Source: a phage. From it: DNA of 64,000 bases. Shown here one piece after another: positions 44,555-54,314 of this stretch. The translations under genes and the position numbers were made by a program. The stretch's first letter is position 1, and each line of letters opens with the position of its first letter. The notes under the pieces were generated by a model. That model did no database searches and was not told the DNA's origin. It saw only the letters and a list, made by a program, of their open reading frames with translations. Location: sequence record PZ534512.1. One strand, written 5' to 3'.

Positions 44555-44743
44555 TTGCGAATCATTATAGTTTTAAGACCCCGGCAGTTTTATGGTGTAC
44601 CTCTTGAATGTTACTATCATGCGTCAGAAAAGTGTTATCTGTGTAAGTCTTGGTGGTATGATGACGAGGTTTATGGTTATCCTGTCGGTAAATATTCAAA
44701 ACCTAAGTACCCCTTTGAGGGCTTGCGCAGGCAATGCCAATAA
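44555..44743 (+). CDS. hypothetical Cys-rich protein
   Basis: 62-aa ORF. Confidence 0.4.
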   Translation: MRIIIVLRPRQFYGVPLECYYHASEKCYLCKSWWYDDEVYGYPVGKYSKPKYPFEGLRRQCQ

Positions 44744-44775
44744 GTCCTGCATTTTCATTTAAAAGAGAATTTATA

Positions 44776-44952
44776 ATGGCAAAACAAGTTAAAGCAAAGA
44801 AAGCAGTTGAAAAGAAAGTTGGTGATTCTAAACGCGCTGGTTACAAGCGTGGGTCGAACTCTCGTATCAATCAAACTGTTGAGAAGATCATGCGCCGAGC
44901 ACGTGCGGTTCTTCGAGATGATGCTTCTCGTTTTGGTAAGCAGAAAGCATAA
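44776..44952 (+). CDS. small basic protein
   Basis: ATG 44776; MAKQVKAKKAVEKKVGDSKRAGYKRG... Confidence 0.5.
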   Translation: MAKQVKAKKAVEKKVGDSKRAGYKRGSNSRINQTVEKIMRRARAVLRDDASRFGKQKA

Positions 44953-44957
44953 GTTGA

Positions 44958-44985
44958 GGACTCCTTCGGGAGTCCTTTTTTATTT
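44958..44985 (+). terminator. intrinsic terminator
   Basis: aggactccttcgggagtcct followed by tttttatttt. Confidence 0.65.
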
Positions 44986-45062
44986 TCCAAAGATTGCATA
45001 AAGTTGTTTACAGTATAGTTCCTTTGTGATAGTATTATCTTACACAAACAAAGGAGAATAAA

Positions 45063-45395
45063 ATGAAAACGATTAATCTGAACGCTGCAGTTAAAACTAA
45101 ATGCTTCAATGGTAAATATAATGAAACTATGTGGTTCTTAATGGCAGTTGAAGGTGATATTATTGAAGTAGAAACAACAGAAGGTATGGGAACAGATTTC
45201 ACCTTTACAATTCAAGTTCATAATTTCTTTACTGGTTGGATTTATGAATTGAATACAGTAATCGTTGGAAAAATTGAACAAAATGAATTAGGCGAATGGC
45301 ATTATGTTACAGCTCGCCAACGTGCAGAACGCTTAATTGAGAAGATGAAAAAAGTTGGTAAACTTGACATGCAGCATTGGAAAGTAGTAAAATAA
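45063..45395 (+). CDS. hypothetical protein
   Basis: 110-aa ORF after promoter 45008-45040 and ggagaataaa RBS. Confidence 0.6.
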   Translation: MKTINLNAAVKTKCFNGKYNETMWFLMAVEGDIIEVETTEGMGTDFTFTIQVHNFFTGWIYELNTVIVGKIEQNELGEWHYVTARQRAERLIEKMKKVGKLDMQHWKVVK

Positions 45396-45462
45396 TTGTT
45401 TACTTTGGTACAGGATATGATATTATATACCTGTACCGCAATTAAACATCTTGGAGAATAAA

Positions 45463-45828
45463 ATGAACTACATCAACTTTGAACGTAAATATGTTTCTAA
45501 TGGTATTGCAGGTTCTATTGATACTATTTGCCTCTGGAAACATCAAAACGGATCAGTATGCGAAATTGAACAGTATATGACTCCTAACTACGTTTATATG
45601 CGATTTGAAAACGGTATCACGGTTTCAATCACGATGAAAGGTTCCAACTTCAAAATCGCTCTGGATGATGATTTCCGCCAACGCGATTTAGGGACTCATC
45701 CTTGCTGGAATGGTGCTAATCGTAAACTCTTAGTTAAAACTTGGATTCGTCATATTCTGAGTAACAAAGCTAAACCTGAGCACTTGGAAGCAATCTTTGA
45801 TGTAGTTCTTAACGAATTTGATATTTAA
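45463..45828 (+). CDS. hypothetical protein
   Basis: ATG 45463 after ggagaataaa. Confidence 0.55.
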   Translation: MNYINFERKYVSNGIAGSIDTICLWKHQNGSVCEIEQYMTPNYVYMRFENGITVSITMKGSNFKIALDDDFRQRDLGTHPCWNGANRKLLVKTWIRHILSNKAKPEHLEAIFDVVLNEFDI

Positions 45829-45870
45829 AAATAAAATGAGGGGCTTCGGCCCCTTACTGAGGAAAATATT

Positions 45871-46158
45871 ATGTTTATGACTACTTATTTTGATACCCGC
45901 AAAAATTTCTGTGAAGTGGTTTTCTCAAAGGCGCCTAAAGACCTTCCTGCTCATTTGCAGCCTACTAGTGAATCGATTAAAAACTACGTTGATGTGGTTT
46001 GTCCTTTAGAGTTCCGTACTGTAAATGGGCGCGATACTTTAGCTATCACTAAACTCAATCGTGAAATTGACATTGACCCTTCAATTGCGCGTGAAATTAA
46101 TATTTCTGATATTGGCGGTGGTAACGTTAAATCGCATGGTTTTCAGATGAGGTTTTAA
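45871..46158 (+). CDS. hypothetical protein
   Basis: 95-aa ORF. Confidence 0.55.
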   Translation: MFMTTYFDTRKNFCEVVFSKAPKDLPAHLQPTSESIKNYVDVVCPLEFRTVNGRDTLAITKLNREIDIDPSIAREINISDIGGGNVKSHGFQMRF

Positions 46159-46355
46159 TGAAATTCTTTTTAGGTCAAACCGTTGAATTAAAGGGAGTTG
46201 GTATACCTGGATTAATTTCTAAGGTTCTACCTCCATTTAAATGGAGTGGTATTCAAATAAAAGAGGCTTATATTGTTTCCTGGGTAGATGGAAATGAAGA
46301 CCTTCGTATGGGTGATGAATTATCTCCTATCTACGGATTAAAGGAATTAGTATGA
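46158..46355 (+). CDS. hypothetical protein
   Basis: 65-aa ORF. Confidence 0.5.
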   Translation: MKFFLGQTVELKGVGIPGLISKVLPPFKWSGIQIKEAYIVSWVDGNEDLRMGDELSPIYGLKELV

Positions 46356-46558
46356 ATATAATTAATAAGATTTTTGGAATTCAGTACATTAAGGTCACAT
46401 ATAAAGTAACAGATAAAAATCCGTATACTGATGAACACGAAGAACCACAAGTTAAGTCTATTATATTAGAAAAGGACCCTAACTGGCCAGTTGAATTTCG
46501 TCTTCCTTGCTATGGTCATTGGGCTGATGTTGAAATTATAAGCATTGAAAATGTCTGA
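46352..46558 (+). CDS. hypothetical protein
   Basis: 68-aa ORF. Confidence 0.5.
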   Translation: MNIINKIFGIQYIKVTYKVTDKNPYTDEHEEPQVKSIILEKDPNWPVEFRLPCYGHWADVEIISIENV

Positions 46559-47009
46559 GTTAGAGATTAGAAGCAATTTTAGATGGCCATCATGTGCATT
46601 AAGTAATTTCGCCCATTGGCCTTTCGTTATGGATGGTATTCAATTTGGAGGTCTCGAAGGATTCCTCCAAGGGTGTAAGGTGAAAAATGTTGAACAACAA
46701 CGTCGTATATTTGGGTTATCCGGGCTTGCCGCCCAACAAGCTGGAAGGTCTTATGCTAGAGCTCAGGACCGTGGGACCCTCTTCTGGCTTGGAGTTCCGT
46801 TTTCAAGATACTCCCCGGCGTGGAAAGAATTATACACAAATGCATATTTTGAAGCAGCGATCCAAAACAAGGGCTTTCGTGATGCATTACAAGCCTCGAA
46901 AGGAAAAGTTTTGAAGCACAGCATGGCTAGTGGTCTAACAAAAGATGATACAATATTAACCGAAGCTGAATTTATTGATGTGTTAAACCTATTAAGAGAC
47001 TCTCTATGA
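46545..47009 (+). CDS. NADAR/YbiA-like domain protein (putative ADP-ribose-processing hydrolase)
   Basis: 154 aa; LSNFAHWPFVMDGIQFGGLEGFLQGCK resembles E. coli YbiA FSNFAAWPIKVDGKTWPTSEHYFQAQK; locally GC-rich. Confidence 0.5.
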   Translation: MKMSELEIRSNFRWPSCALSNFAHWPFVMDGIQFGGLEGFLQGCKVKNVEQQRRIFGLSGLAAQQAGRSYARAQDRGTLFWLGVPFSRYSPAWKELYTNAYFEAAIQNKGFRDALQASKGKVLKHSMASGLTKDDTILTEAEFIDVLNLLRDSL

Positions 47010-47842
47010 AGCCTACTATTTTAACTGATATTGATGGAGTATGTTTAAGCTGGCAATCAGGTCTTCCTTATTTTGCTCAGAAATATAATCTTCCGTTGGA
47101 ACATATTTTAAAAATGATCCAAGATGAGAAATTTATTTCTCCAGGTAAACTCTTTAATTGTGATGAAGAACTTGGCGTCAAGTTAATTGAAAAATATAAT
47201 CGATCAGATTTTATTCGTTACTTGTCTCCATATAAAGATGCTCTGTGTGTAATTAACAAATTAAAAGAAGATTATAATTTTGTAGCTGTTACAGCATTGG
47301 GTGATTCTATTGACGCTCTGTTGAATCGTCAATTTAATTTGAATGCTCTTTTTCCTGGTGCCTTCTCAGAAGTAATGATGTGTGGTCATGATTCTTCAAA
47401 AGAAGAGTTGTTCAAAAAGGCAAAAGAGAAATATAACGTAATTTGTTATATTGACGATCTCGCTCACCACTGCGATCATGCGAGTGAAATATTACGTGTT
47501 CCTGTGTATTGGATGGCTCGAGGGGAACGTGACAGTATTCCAAAAACCGCTCAGCGAGTTTATACATGGAACGATGTAGAGAATAAGCTTTTTTCACCAA
47601 AGGAAAATAAAGAAAGTTTTGATAGTGAAAAAGCTATAAAAGATGTAATTGAAAAGATGATTAAAAATGATTCTTTTCGTTGGAACACTACCTGGAGAAC
47701 TCCTGGATTTAATCCTTATAATCCATATCATCCATATCAGACACATCCGTTTCAGACATGGAACTATATTAAACCTGGTGGCATAGAGTATTTGTATAAT
47801 AGACCTACTAGTGGTGATAATATTTTCCAAGGAGCATTCTAA
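47006..47842 (+). CDS. HAD-superfamily hydrolase-like protein
   Basis: 278 aa; N-terminal LTDIDGV (DxDG[T/V] phosphatase motif I). Confidence 0.55.
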   Translation: MKPTILTDIDGVCLSWQSGLPYFAQKYNLPLEHILKMIQDEKFISPGKLFNCDEELGVKLIEKYNRSDFIRYLSPYKDALCVINKLKEDYNFVAVTALGDSIDALLNRQFNLNALFPGAFSEVMMCGHDSSKEELFKKAKEKYNVICYIDDLAHHCDHASEILRVPVYWMARGERDSIPKTAQRVYTWNDVENKLFSPKENKESFDSEKAIKDVIEKMIKNDSFRWNTTWRTPGFNPYNPYHPYQTHPFQTWNYIKPGGIEYLYNRPTSGDNIFQGAF

Positions 47843-48111
47843 TGTTTGTTGTTCACACTATTTATGAAAATGAAGGTAATACTACACGTGATTACGGTCA
47901 CGTAAATCAATTTTTTAGATGCAATCCAGAATTCCGAGCTCAAAAAGACGAACGAATTTTTAAAAAATGTGTAGAGCAAGGTTTCATTTACGTCAAACAC
48001 TGGATGCAAGGAAATAAAGTTAGAACCACGTACCATAGGTCTTTGACTGAGCTTAATGATGAATTGATTTATAATAGAGCTGTAAACCAAACTCTAAAGG
48101 ATGAACAATGA
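47842..48111 (+). CDS. hypothetical protein
   Basis: 89-aa ORF. Confidence 0.5.
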   Translation: MFVVHTIYENEGNTTRDYGHVNQFFRCNPEFRAQKDERIFKKCVEQGFIYVKHWMQGNKVRTTYHRSLTELNDELIYNRAVNQTLKDEQ

Positions 48112-49571
48112 TTCTTAAAATTCTGAACGAAATAGCATCTATTGGTTCAACTAAGCAGAAGCAAGCAATTCTTGAAAAGAATAAAGATAATGAATTGCTT
48201 AAACGAGTATATCGTCTGACTTATTCTCGTGGGTTGCAGTATTATATCAAGAAATGGCCTAAATCTGGTATTGCTACCCAGAGTTTTGGAATGTTGACTC
48301 TTACCGATATGCTTGACTTCATTGAATTCACGTTAGCTACTCGGAAATTGACCGGAAATGCGGCAATTGAGGAATTATCTGGATATATCACCGATGGTAA
48401 AAAAGATGATGTTGAAGTTTTGCGTCGAGTGATGATGCGAGACCTTGAATGTGGTGCTTCAGTATCTATTGCAAACAAAGTTTGGCCAGGTTTAATTCCT
48501 GAACAACCTCAAATGCTCGCAAGTTCTTATGATGAAAAAGGCATTAGTAAGAATATCAAATTTCCAGCCTTTGCACAATTAAAAGCAGATGGAGCTCGGT
48601 GTTTTGCTGAAGTTAGAGGTGATGAATTAGATGATGTCCGTCTTTTATCACGAGCTGGTAATGAATATCTAGGATTAGATCTTCTTAAGGAAGAGTTAAT
48701 CAAAATGACCGCTGAAGCCCGCCAGATTCATCCAGAAGGTGTGTTAATTGATGGCGAATTGGTATACCATGAGCAAGTTAAAAAGGAGCCAGAAGGCCTA
48801 GATTTTCTTTTTGATGCTTATCCTGAAATTAGTAAAGCTAAAGAGTTTGCTGAAGTAGCTGAATCACGTACTACTTCTAATGGAATCGCTAATAAATCTT
48901 TAAAGGGAACTATTTCAGAAAAAGAAGCTCAATGCATGAAGTTTCAGGTCTGGGATTATGTTCCGTTGGTAGAAATATACGGTCTTCCAGCATTTCGTTT
49001 AAAATATGATGTACGTTTTTCTAAATTAGAACAAATGACATCAGGATATGATAAAGTAATTTTAATTGAAAACCAAGTAGTAAATAACCTAGATGAAGCT
49101 AAGGTAATTTATAAAAAGTATATTGACCAAGGTCTTGAAGGTATTATTCTCAAAAATACCGATGGATTATGGGAAAATGCTCGTTCAAAAAATCTTTATA
49201 AATTTAAAGAAGTAATTGATGTTGATTTAAAAATTGTAGGAATTTATCCTCACCGTAAAGACCCTACTAAAGCAGGTGGATTTATTCTTGAGTCAGAGTG
49301 TGGAAAAATTAAGGTAAATGCGGGTTCAGGCTTAAAAGATAAAGCCGGCGTAAAATCACATGAACTTGACCGTACTCGCATTATGGAAAATCAAAATTAT
49401 TATATTGGAAAAATTCTAGAGTGCGAATGCAACGGTTGGTTAAAATCTGATGGCCGCACTGATTACGTTAAATTATTTCTTCCGATTGCGATTCGTTTAC
49501 GCGAAGATAAAACTAAAGCTAATACATTCGAAGATGTATTTGGTGATTTTCATGAGGTAACTGGTCTATGA
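48108..49571 (+). CDS. 30: ATP-dependent DNA ligase
   Basis: 487 aa; adenylation motif KADGARC; N-terminus MILKILNEIASIGSTKQKQAILEKNKDNELLKRVYRLTYSRG. Confidence 0.95.
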   Translation: MILKILNEIASIGSTKQKQAILEKNKDNELLKRVYRLTYSRGLQYYIKKWPKSGIATQSFGMLTLTDMLDFIEFTLATRKLTGNAAIEELSGYITDGKKDDVEVLRRVMMRDLECGASVSIANKVWPGLIPEQPQMLASSYDEKGISKNIKFPAFAQLKADGARCFAEVRGDELDDVRLLSRAGNEYLGLDLLKEELIKMTAEARQIHPEGVLIDGELVYHEQVKKEPEGLDFLFDAYPEISKAKEFAEVAESRTTSNGIANKSLKGTISEKEAQCMKFQVWDYVPLVEIYGLPAFRLKYDVRFSKLEQMTSGYDKVILIENQVVNNLDEAKVIYKKYIDQGLEGIILKNTDGLWENARSKNLYKFKEVIDVDLKIVGIYPHRKDPTKAGGFILESECGKIKVNAGSGLKDKAGVKSHELDRTRIMENQNYYIGKILECECNGWLKSDGRTDYVKLFLPIAIRLREDKTKANTFEDVFGDFHEVTGL

Positions 49572-49756
49572 AAGCTTACTTAGAAACAATTGTCGTGGCT
49601 CAAAAAGAAGGTGGAGATGTTTCTACTTCTGTATCACAAATCATGATTGAATTTATAGATGCATATGCTTATAATAAATTCACAGAAACTTTTGATGCTT
49701 ATGAAAAAGGTCCAAAGTTTGAAATATATCGTACTCTCTTACCAATAGATTATTAA
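49568..49756 (+). CDS. hypothetical protein
   Basis: 62-aa ORF followed by GGCCTTCGGGCC hairpin at 49755-49772. Confidence 0.5.
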   Translation: MKAYLETIVVAQKEGGDVSTSVSQIMIEFIDAYAYNKFTETFDAYEKGPKFEIYRTLLPIDY

Positions 49757-49777
49757 AGGCCTTCGGGCCTTTAATTT

Positions 49778-49785
49778 TATAAATA
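49778..49785 (+). promoter_or_regulatory. late promoter TATAAATA upstream of first alt-type gene
   Basis: exact tataaata. Confidence 0.5.
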
Positions 49786-49808
49786 GAATAAACACTAGAG
49801 AGGATATG

Positions 49809-51896
49809 ATGGAACTCATTACAGAATTATTTGACGAAGATACTACTCTTCCGATTACAAACTTAAATCCAAAGAAGAAAATACCACAAATTTTTTCAGT
49901 TCACGTTGATGATGCAATTGAACAACCAGGATTTCGTTTATGTACCTATACATCTGGAGGTGATACTAATCGCGATTTAAAGATGGGCGATAAAATGATG
50001 CATATTGTTCCTTTTACATTAACTGCTAAAGGTTCAATTGCTAAATTAAAAGGTCTTGGTCCAAGCCCAATTAATTATATCAATTCAGTTTTTACTGTTG
50101 CAATGCAAACAATGCGTCAGTATAAAATTGATGCCTGTATGCTCCGTATTCTTAAGTCTAAAACCGCTGGTCAAGCTCGACAAATTCAAGTTATTGCTGA
50201 TAGACTTATCCGTAGTCGTTCAGGTGGCAGATACGTCCTTCTTAAGGAACTCTGGGATTACGATAAAAAGTATGCATATATTCTTATACATCGCAAAAAT
50301 GTATCACTAGAAGACATTCCAGGAGTTCCAGAAATTAGTACCGAGCTCTTTACTAAAGTTGAATCGAAGGTCGGTGATGTTTATATCAATAAAGATACTG
50401 GAGCTCAAGTAACTAAAAATGAGGCAATTGCAGCATCTATTGCACAAGAAAATGATAAACGTTCTGACCAAGCTGTAATCGTTAAAGTTAAAATTTCCCG
50501 TAGAGCAATTGCGCAAAGTCAATCGTTAGAGTCTTCTAGATTTGAAAGTGAATTATTCCAGAAGTATGAATCTACTGCAGCTAATTTCAATAAACCTGCT
50601 ACCGCTCCTTTAATTCCCGAAGCAGAAGAAATGAAGCTTGGAATTAATTCATTAGCTTCTAAAACTAAGGCAGCAAAAATTATTGCTGAAGGAACTGCAG
50701 ATGAACTTCATTATGACTATAAATTCTTTTCAAAAAGTGAGGTTAATGAAGTTTCTGAAAAAATTAAAGATGTAATTCTTAATGCGATTAAAAATGAACC
50801 AACTACTTCAATAAAATGTTTAGAGAAATACGCAGCAGCTGTTAATCAACTCTTTGAAGAATATAAAGATAATTGGCTTGATAAACATAATAAAACTCGT
50901 AAAGGGCAGCCAGATGAAGTCTGGGAAGAAATAACTAAAAATGCCTGGAATGCAGCAAAAACTAAATTCCTCAAACGAATGATTTATAGCTTTTCTGGAA
51001 TTGGTGCTGGTCCAATGATTGATATTACTATTGCCCGTGATGGTTCTAAATATACTCCATCACAAAAGCGCGGCATTAGAGAATATTGTGGTTCAGGATA
51101 TACAGACATTAATAATCTTCTTTTAGGTCGTTACAATCCAGAACGATATGATGTAATGAGTGAAAAAGAAATTGAATCTGCTATAAATAATTTAGATTCA
51201 GCTTTTGAAAATGGTGACCGCATACCGGAAGGCATTACAGTTTATCGTGCTCAAAGTATGACTGCTCCTATATACGAAGCGCTAGTTAAAAATAAAGTGT
51301 TCTATTTCAGAAATTTTGTATCTACTTCTTTAACTCCTATCATTTTTGGGCGTTTTGGAATTACACATGCTGGTATTGGTCTTTTAGAACCAGAAGCTCG
51401 TAATGAATTAACAGTTGATAAAAATGAAGAAGGAATAACTATTAATCCAAACGAAATAAGAGCGTATAAAGAAAATCCTGAATACGTTAAAGTTCAAATA
51501 GGATGGGCAATTGACGGCGCGCATAAAGTTAATGTTGTATATCCAGGAAGTCTCGGAATAGCAACAGAAGCTGAAGTTATTCTACCGCGCGGATTGATGG
51601 TCAAAGTTAATAAAATAACTGATGCTTCTAATAATGACGGAACAACATCTAATAATACAAAACTCATTCAAGCTGAAGTTATGACCACAGAAGAACTCAC
51701 CGAATCAGTAATCTATGACGGAGACCATTTAATGGAAACTGGTGAATTGGTTACAATGACAGGTGATATAGAAGATAGAGTTGACTTTGCATCATTTGTT
51801 TCATCAAATGTTAAACAGAAAGTAGAATCATCTCTTGGAATTATTGCGTCTTGCATAGATATTACAAACATGCCTTACAAGTTCGTTCAAGGATAA
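49809..51896 (+). CDS. alt: Alt-family ADP-ribosyltransferase paralog 1
   Basis: 695 aa from ATG 49809; N-terminus MELITELFD; ART motifs YRAQS, FVSTSL, EAEVILPRG. Confidence 0.75.
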   Translation: MELITELFDEDTTLPITNLNPKKKIPQIFSVHVDDAIEQPGFRLCTYTSGGDTNRDLKMGDKMMHIVPFTLTAKGSIAKLKGLGPSPINYINSVFTVAMQTMRQYKIDACMLRILKSKTAGQARQIQVIADRLIRSRSGGRYVLLKELWDYDKKYAYILIHRKNVSLEDIPGVPEISTELFTKVESKVGDVYINKDTGAQVTKNEAIAASIAQENDKRSDQAVIVKVKISRRAIAQSQSLESSRFESELFQKYESTAANFNKPATAPLIPEAEEMKLGINSLASKTKAAKIIAEGTADELHYDYKFFSKSEVNEVSEKIKDVILNAIKNEPTTSIKCLEKYAAAVNQLFEEYKDNWLDKHNKTRKGQPDEVWEEITKNAWNAAKTKFLKRMIYSFSGIGAGPMIDITIARDGSKYTPSQKRGIREYCGSGYTDINNLLLGRYNPERYDVMSEKEIESAINNLDSAFENGDRIPEGITVYRAQSMTAPIYEALVKNKVFYFRNFVSTSLTPIIFGRFGITHAGIGLLEPEARNELTVDKNEEGITINPNEIRAYKENPEYVKVQIGWAIDGAHKVNVVYPGSLGIATEAEVILPRGLMVKVNKITDASNNDGTTSNNTKLIQAEVMTTEELTESVIYDGDHLMETGELVTMTGDIEDRVDFASFVSSNVKQKVESSLGIIASCIDITNMPYKFVQG

Positions 51897-51899
51897 ATC

Positions 51900-53957
51900 A
51901 TGGAACTTATTACAGAATTATTTGACGGCGCTTCGGCGCCGGTTGTTAACTTAAATCCTAAGCATAAAATACCACAAATTTTTGCTATCCAAGCCGGCGA
52001 AGAAAGCGTGCTTCCTGGATTTAGATTTTGTACATACACCTCTGGTGGTGATACAAATAAAAACGTTAAGCCAGGCGATAAAATGATGCATATCGTAATG
52101 ATAGGTGTCAATGAGAAACTATCATTAGTTAAGCTTAAAAACTTGGGTGGAAATCCAATTGGTGTCATTAATGCCGTTTTTGATACTGCTCTTCAAACAA
52201 TGAAACAGTATAAAATCGACGCATGCCTATTCCGCGTACTAAAGAGTAAAACAAATGGCGCAGCTCGTCAAATGCAAGTTATTGCTGACCGTTTAGTACG
52301 TACTAAGGGAGCAGGTCGATATGTTCTCTTAAAGGAAATCTGGGACTATGATAAGAAATATGCATATATTATGGTTTACCGTAAAAATGCCAATTTAGAA
52401 GACATTCCAGGTGTACCTCCTATTTCAACTGAGTTATTCACAAAAGTTGAATCAAAGGTTGGTGATGTTTATGTAGACGTTAAAACAGGTAATGCTGTTC
52501 CTAAAGCTGTCGCTGTTGCTGCTTCTATTGCTTTAGAAAATGATAAGCGCACTGATCAAGCTGTTATTCAGAAAACTAAAATTAGTCGTCGATTAGCAGC
52601 ACAAGCTCAATATTCTACTGTTGATGCTTCACTTCAGGGTGATAGCTTCGCTGCCAAGAAATATCAAGAGTTTGAATCTAAAGTTCCGGTATATAAAGCA
52701 GAAGGACCAATGAACTCTGGCGTTATCCAGATTGGTTCAAACTTCAGCAAAGGAGCTATCGGTGGTATGAGAAGTGCTTCTCGTTTTAAATCTAATGATT
52801 ATGAACTAGAAAGTTTCCGAAATCATATTGCATTGACCCATGCACGTTTACGCGATCCATCTATCAAGCTGCAGAGCGATATAACATATCAAGGTTCTCA
52901 AGAATATTTAAAGAATAAAGAATTCTTTGATTATAAAACTGATAAAATTTTAAGCGATCTTGCTGACATTAATATTTCTAATAGCTTTGATGTTATTAAG
53001 AAAATTATCAATGATTTAGTTAAAGATTCTAAAGCTACATCAGATGAAAAGACAGCTATTATTCAATTTGTAATGAATGGCATTTATAAATTGATTAATG
53101 AATCTGCTGCTCAGGCATATGAATATGCAAGTACTGAAGTAACTCCAAAAGGACTGACTCAGGCTGAGTCTGATGTAATTGAAGATTATTGTGCAGATTC
53201 ATATGTTGAAATGAACTCGTTCCTCTTGGGTAAACCAGATTCTACCCGTGAAGAATACATGGAACGAGCTATTAAACACATCGAGACGCTGGATTCTGCA
53301 TTCGCCAAAGGATCAGTTCTTCCTCCGGGAACTACGCTTTATCGTGGACAAGAAGTTACTTTTAAAACTTTACGCCATAATATTGAAAATAAAATGTTCT
53401 ATTTCAAGAACTTCGTATCAACATCGCTTAAACCAAATATCTTCGGTGAGCATGGTAAAAACTATATGGCTCTAGATGATTCCGGCGCAGTATTTTCTGG
53501 TGAAGGAGAAGGTTCTGTTGATGCCGAAGATTTAATGCATATGGGTAGTCATTCTGCATATGCTAATGAAGATGCTGAAACTAGCGTAGGTATGGTAATT
53601 AAAGGGGCTGAACGAATCAAAGTTATCGTTCCAGGTCATTTATCAGGATTTCCATCAGAAGCTGAAGTTATTCTACCACGTGGAATTTTGTTGAAGATTA
53701 ATAAAGTAAGCACGTACATGATGAAAGAAACTGCTTATAACAAGTATCTAATCGAAGGCACAATCGTTCCTCCTTCTGAACAATTAGAAGAATCGGTATA
53801 TGATGGCGATCATCTAATGGAAACTGGCGAAGTTCGTCCAATGGCTGGGTTTAATCAATTCCTTGTAGAAGAATCAAAAGAAGAGGAAAACGAAGTTTCT
53901 CAAATCTTGGCTTCTTTGGTTAACATCAACGGAATGTCTAAAAAGTTCAAGATGTAG
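51900..53957 (+). CDS. alt: Alt-family ADP-ribosyltransferase paralog 2
   Basis: 685 aa; N-terminus MELITELFD; ART motifs YRGQE, FVSTSL, EAEVILPRG. Confidence 0.75.
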   Translation: MELITELFDGASAPVVNLNPKHKIPQIFAIQAGEESVLPGFRFCTYTSGGDTNKNVKPGDKMMHIVMIGVNEKLSLVKLKNLGGNPIGVINAVFDTALQTMKQYKIDACLFRVLKSKTNGAARQMQVIADRLVRTKGAGRYVLLKEIWDYDKKYAYIMVYRKNANLEDIPGVPPISTELFTKVESKVGDVYVDVKTGNAVPKAVAVAASIALENDKRTDQAVIQKTKISRRLAAQAQYSTVDASLQGDSFAAKKYQEFESKVPVYKAEGPMNSGVIQIGSNFSKGAIGGMRSASRFKSNDYELESFRNHIALTHARLRDPSIKLQSDITYQGSQEYLKNKEFFDYKTDKILSDLADINISNSFDVIKKIINDLVKDSKATSDEKTAIIQFVMNGIYKLINESAAQAYEYASTEVTPKGLTQAESDVIEDYCADSYVEMNSFLLGKPDSTREEYMERAIKHIETLDSAFAKGSVLPPGTTLYRGQEVTFKTLRHNIENKMFYFKNFVSTSLKPNIFGEHGKNYMALDDSGAVFSGEGEGSVDAEDLMHMGSHSAYANEDAETSVGMVIKGAERIKVIVPGHLSGFPSEAEVILPRGILLKINKVSTYMMKETAYNKYLIEGTIVPPSEQLEESVYDGDHLMETGEVRPMAGFNQFLVEESKEEENEVSQILASLVNINGMSKKFKM

Positions 53958-54009
53958 TTTACAAGTCCCTCGTGTTGTGTTATAGTAGTCTTACTGACAT
54001 AACATGAGG
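53957..54009 (+). promoter_or_regulatory. early promoter embedded in inverted repeat (copy of element at 38128)
   Basis: gtttacaagtccctcgtgttgtgttatagtagtcttactgacataacatgagg. Confidence 0.5.
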
Positions 54010-54017
54010 AACACAAA

Positions 54018-54308
54018 ATGAAATCTTCTTTGCGCTTTTTGGGTCAAGAACTTGTAGTTGAAGGCGTTATTCCTGCTGATAATGCTTTTAATGAAGCAGT
54101 TTATGATGAATTTATCAAAATTTTTGGAACAGATAAAAAGTTCGGAATTTTTCCTTCTGAAAATTTTTCAAAGCCAGAACAGACTGAAAGCATTTTCCAA
54201 GGTGTAGTAACAGGTAAATTTGAGTCAGAAGCTCCGGTAAAAATTGAAGTTTATATTGAAGACAGTTTAGTTGCTTCAGTTGCTGCTTTTATTTCATTCC
54301 GTAAATAA
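54018..54308 (+). CDS. hypothetical protein
   Basis: 96-aa ORF. Confidence 0.55.
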   Translation: MKSSLRFLGQELVVEGVIPADNAFNEAVYDEFIKIFGTDKKFGIFPSENFSKPEQTESIFQGVVTGKFESEAPVKIEVYIEDSLVASVAAFISFRK

Positions 54309-54314
54309 AAATAT

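Noticed and set aside
46687-46914. 75-aa alternative-frame ORF inside the NADAR-like gene
   Set aside because: Probably a by-product of the locally GC-rich composition; no independent start signals seen. Kept only as a note.
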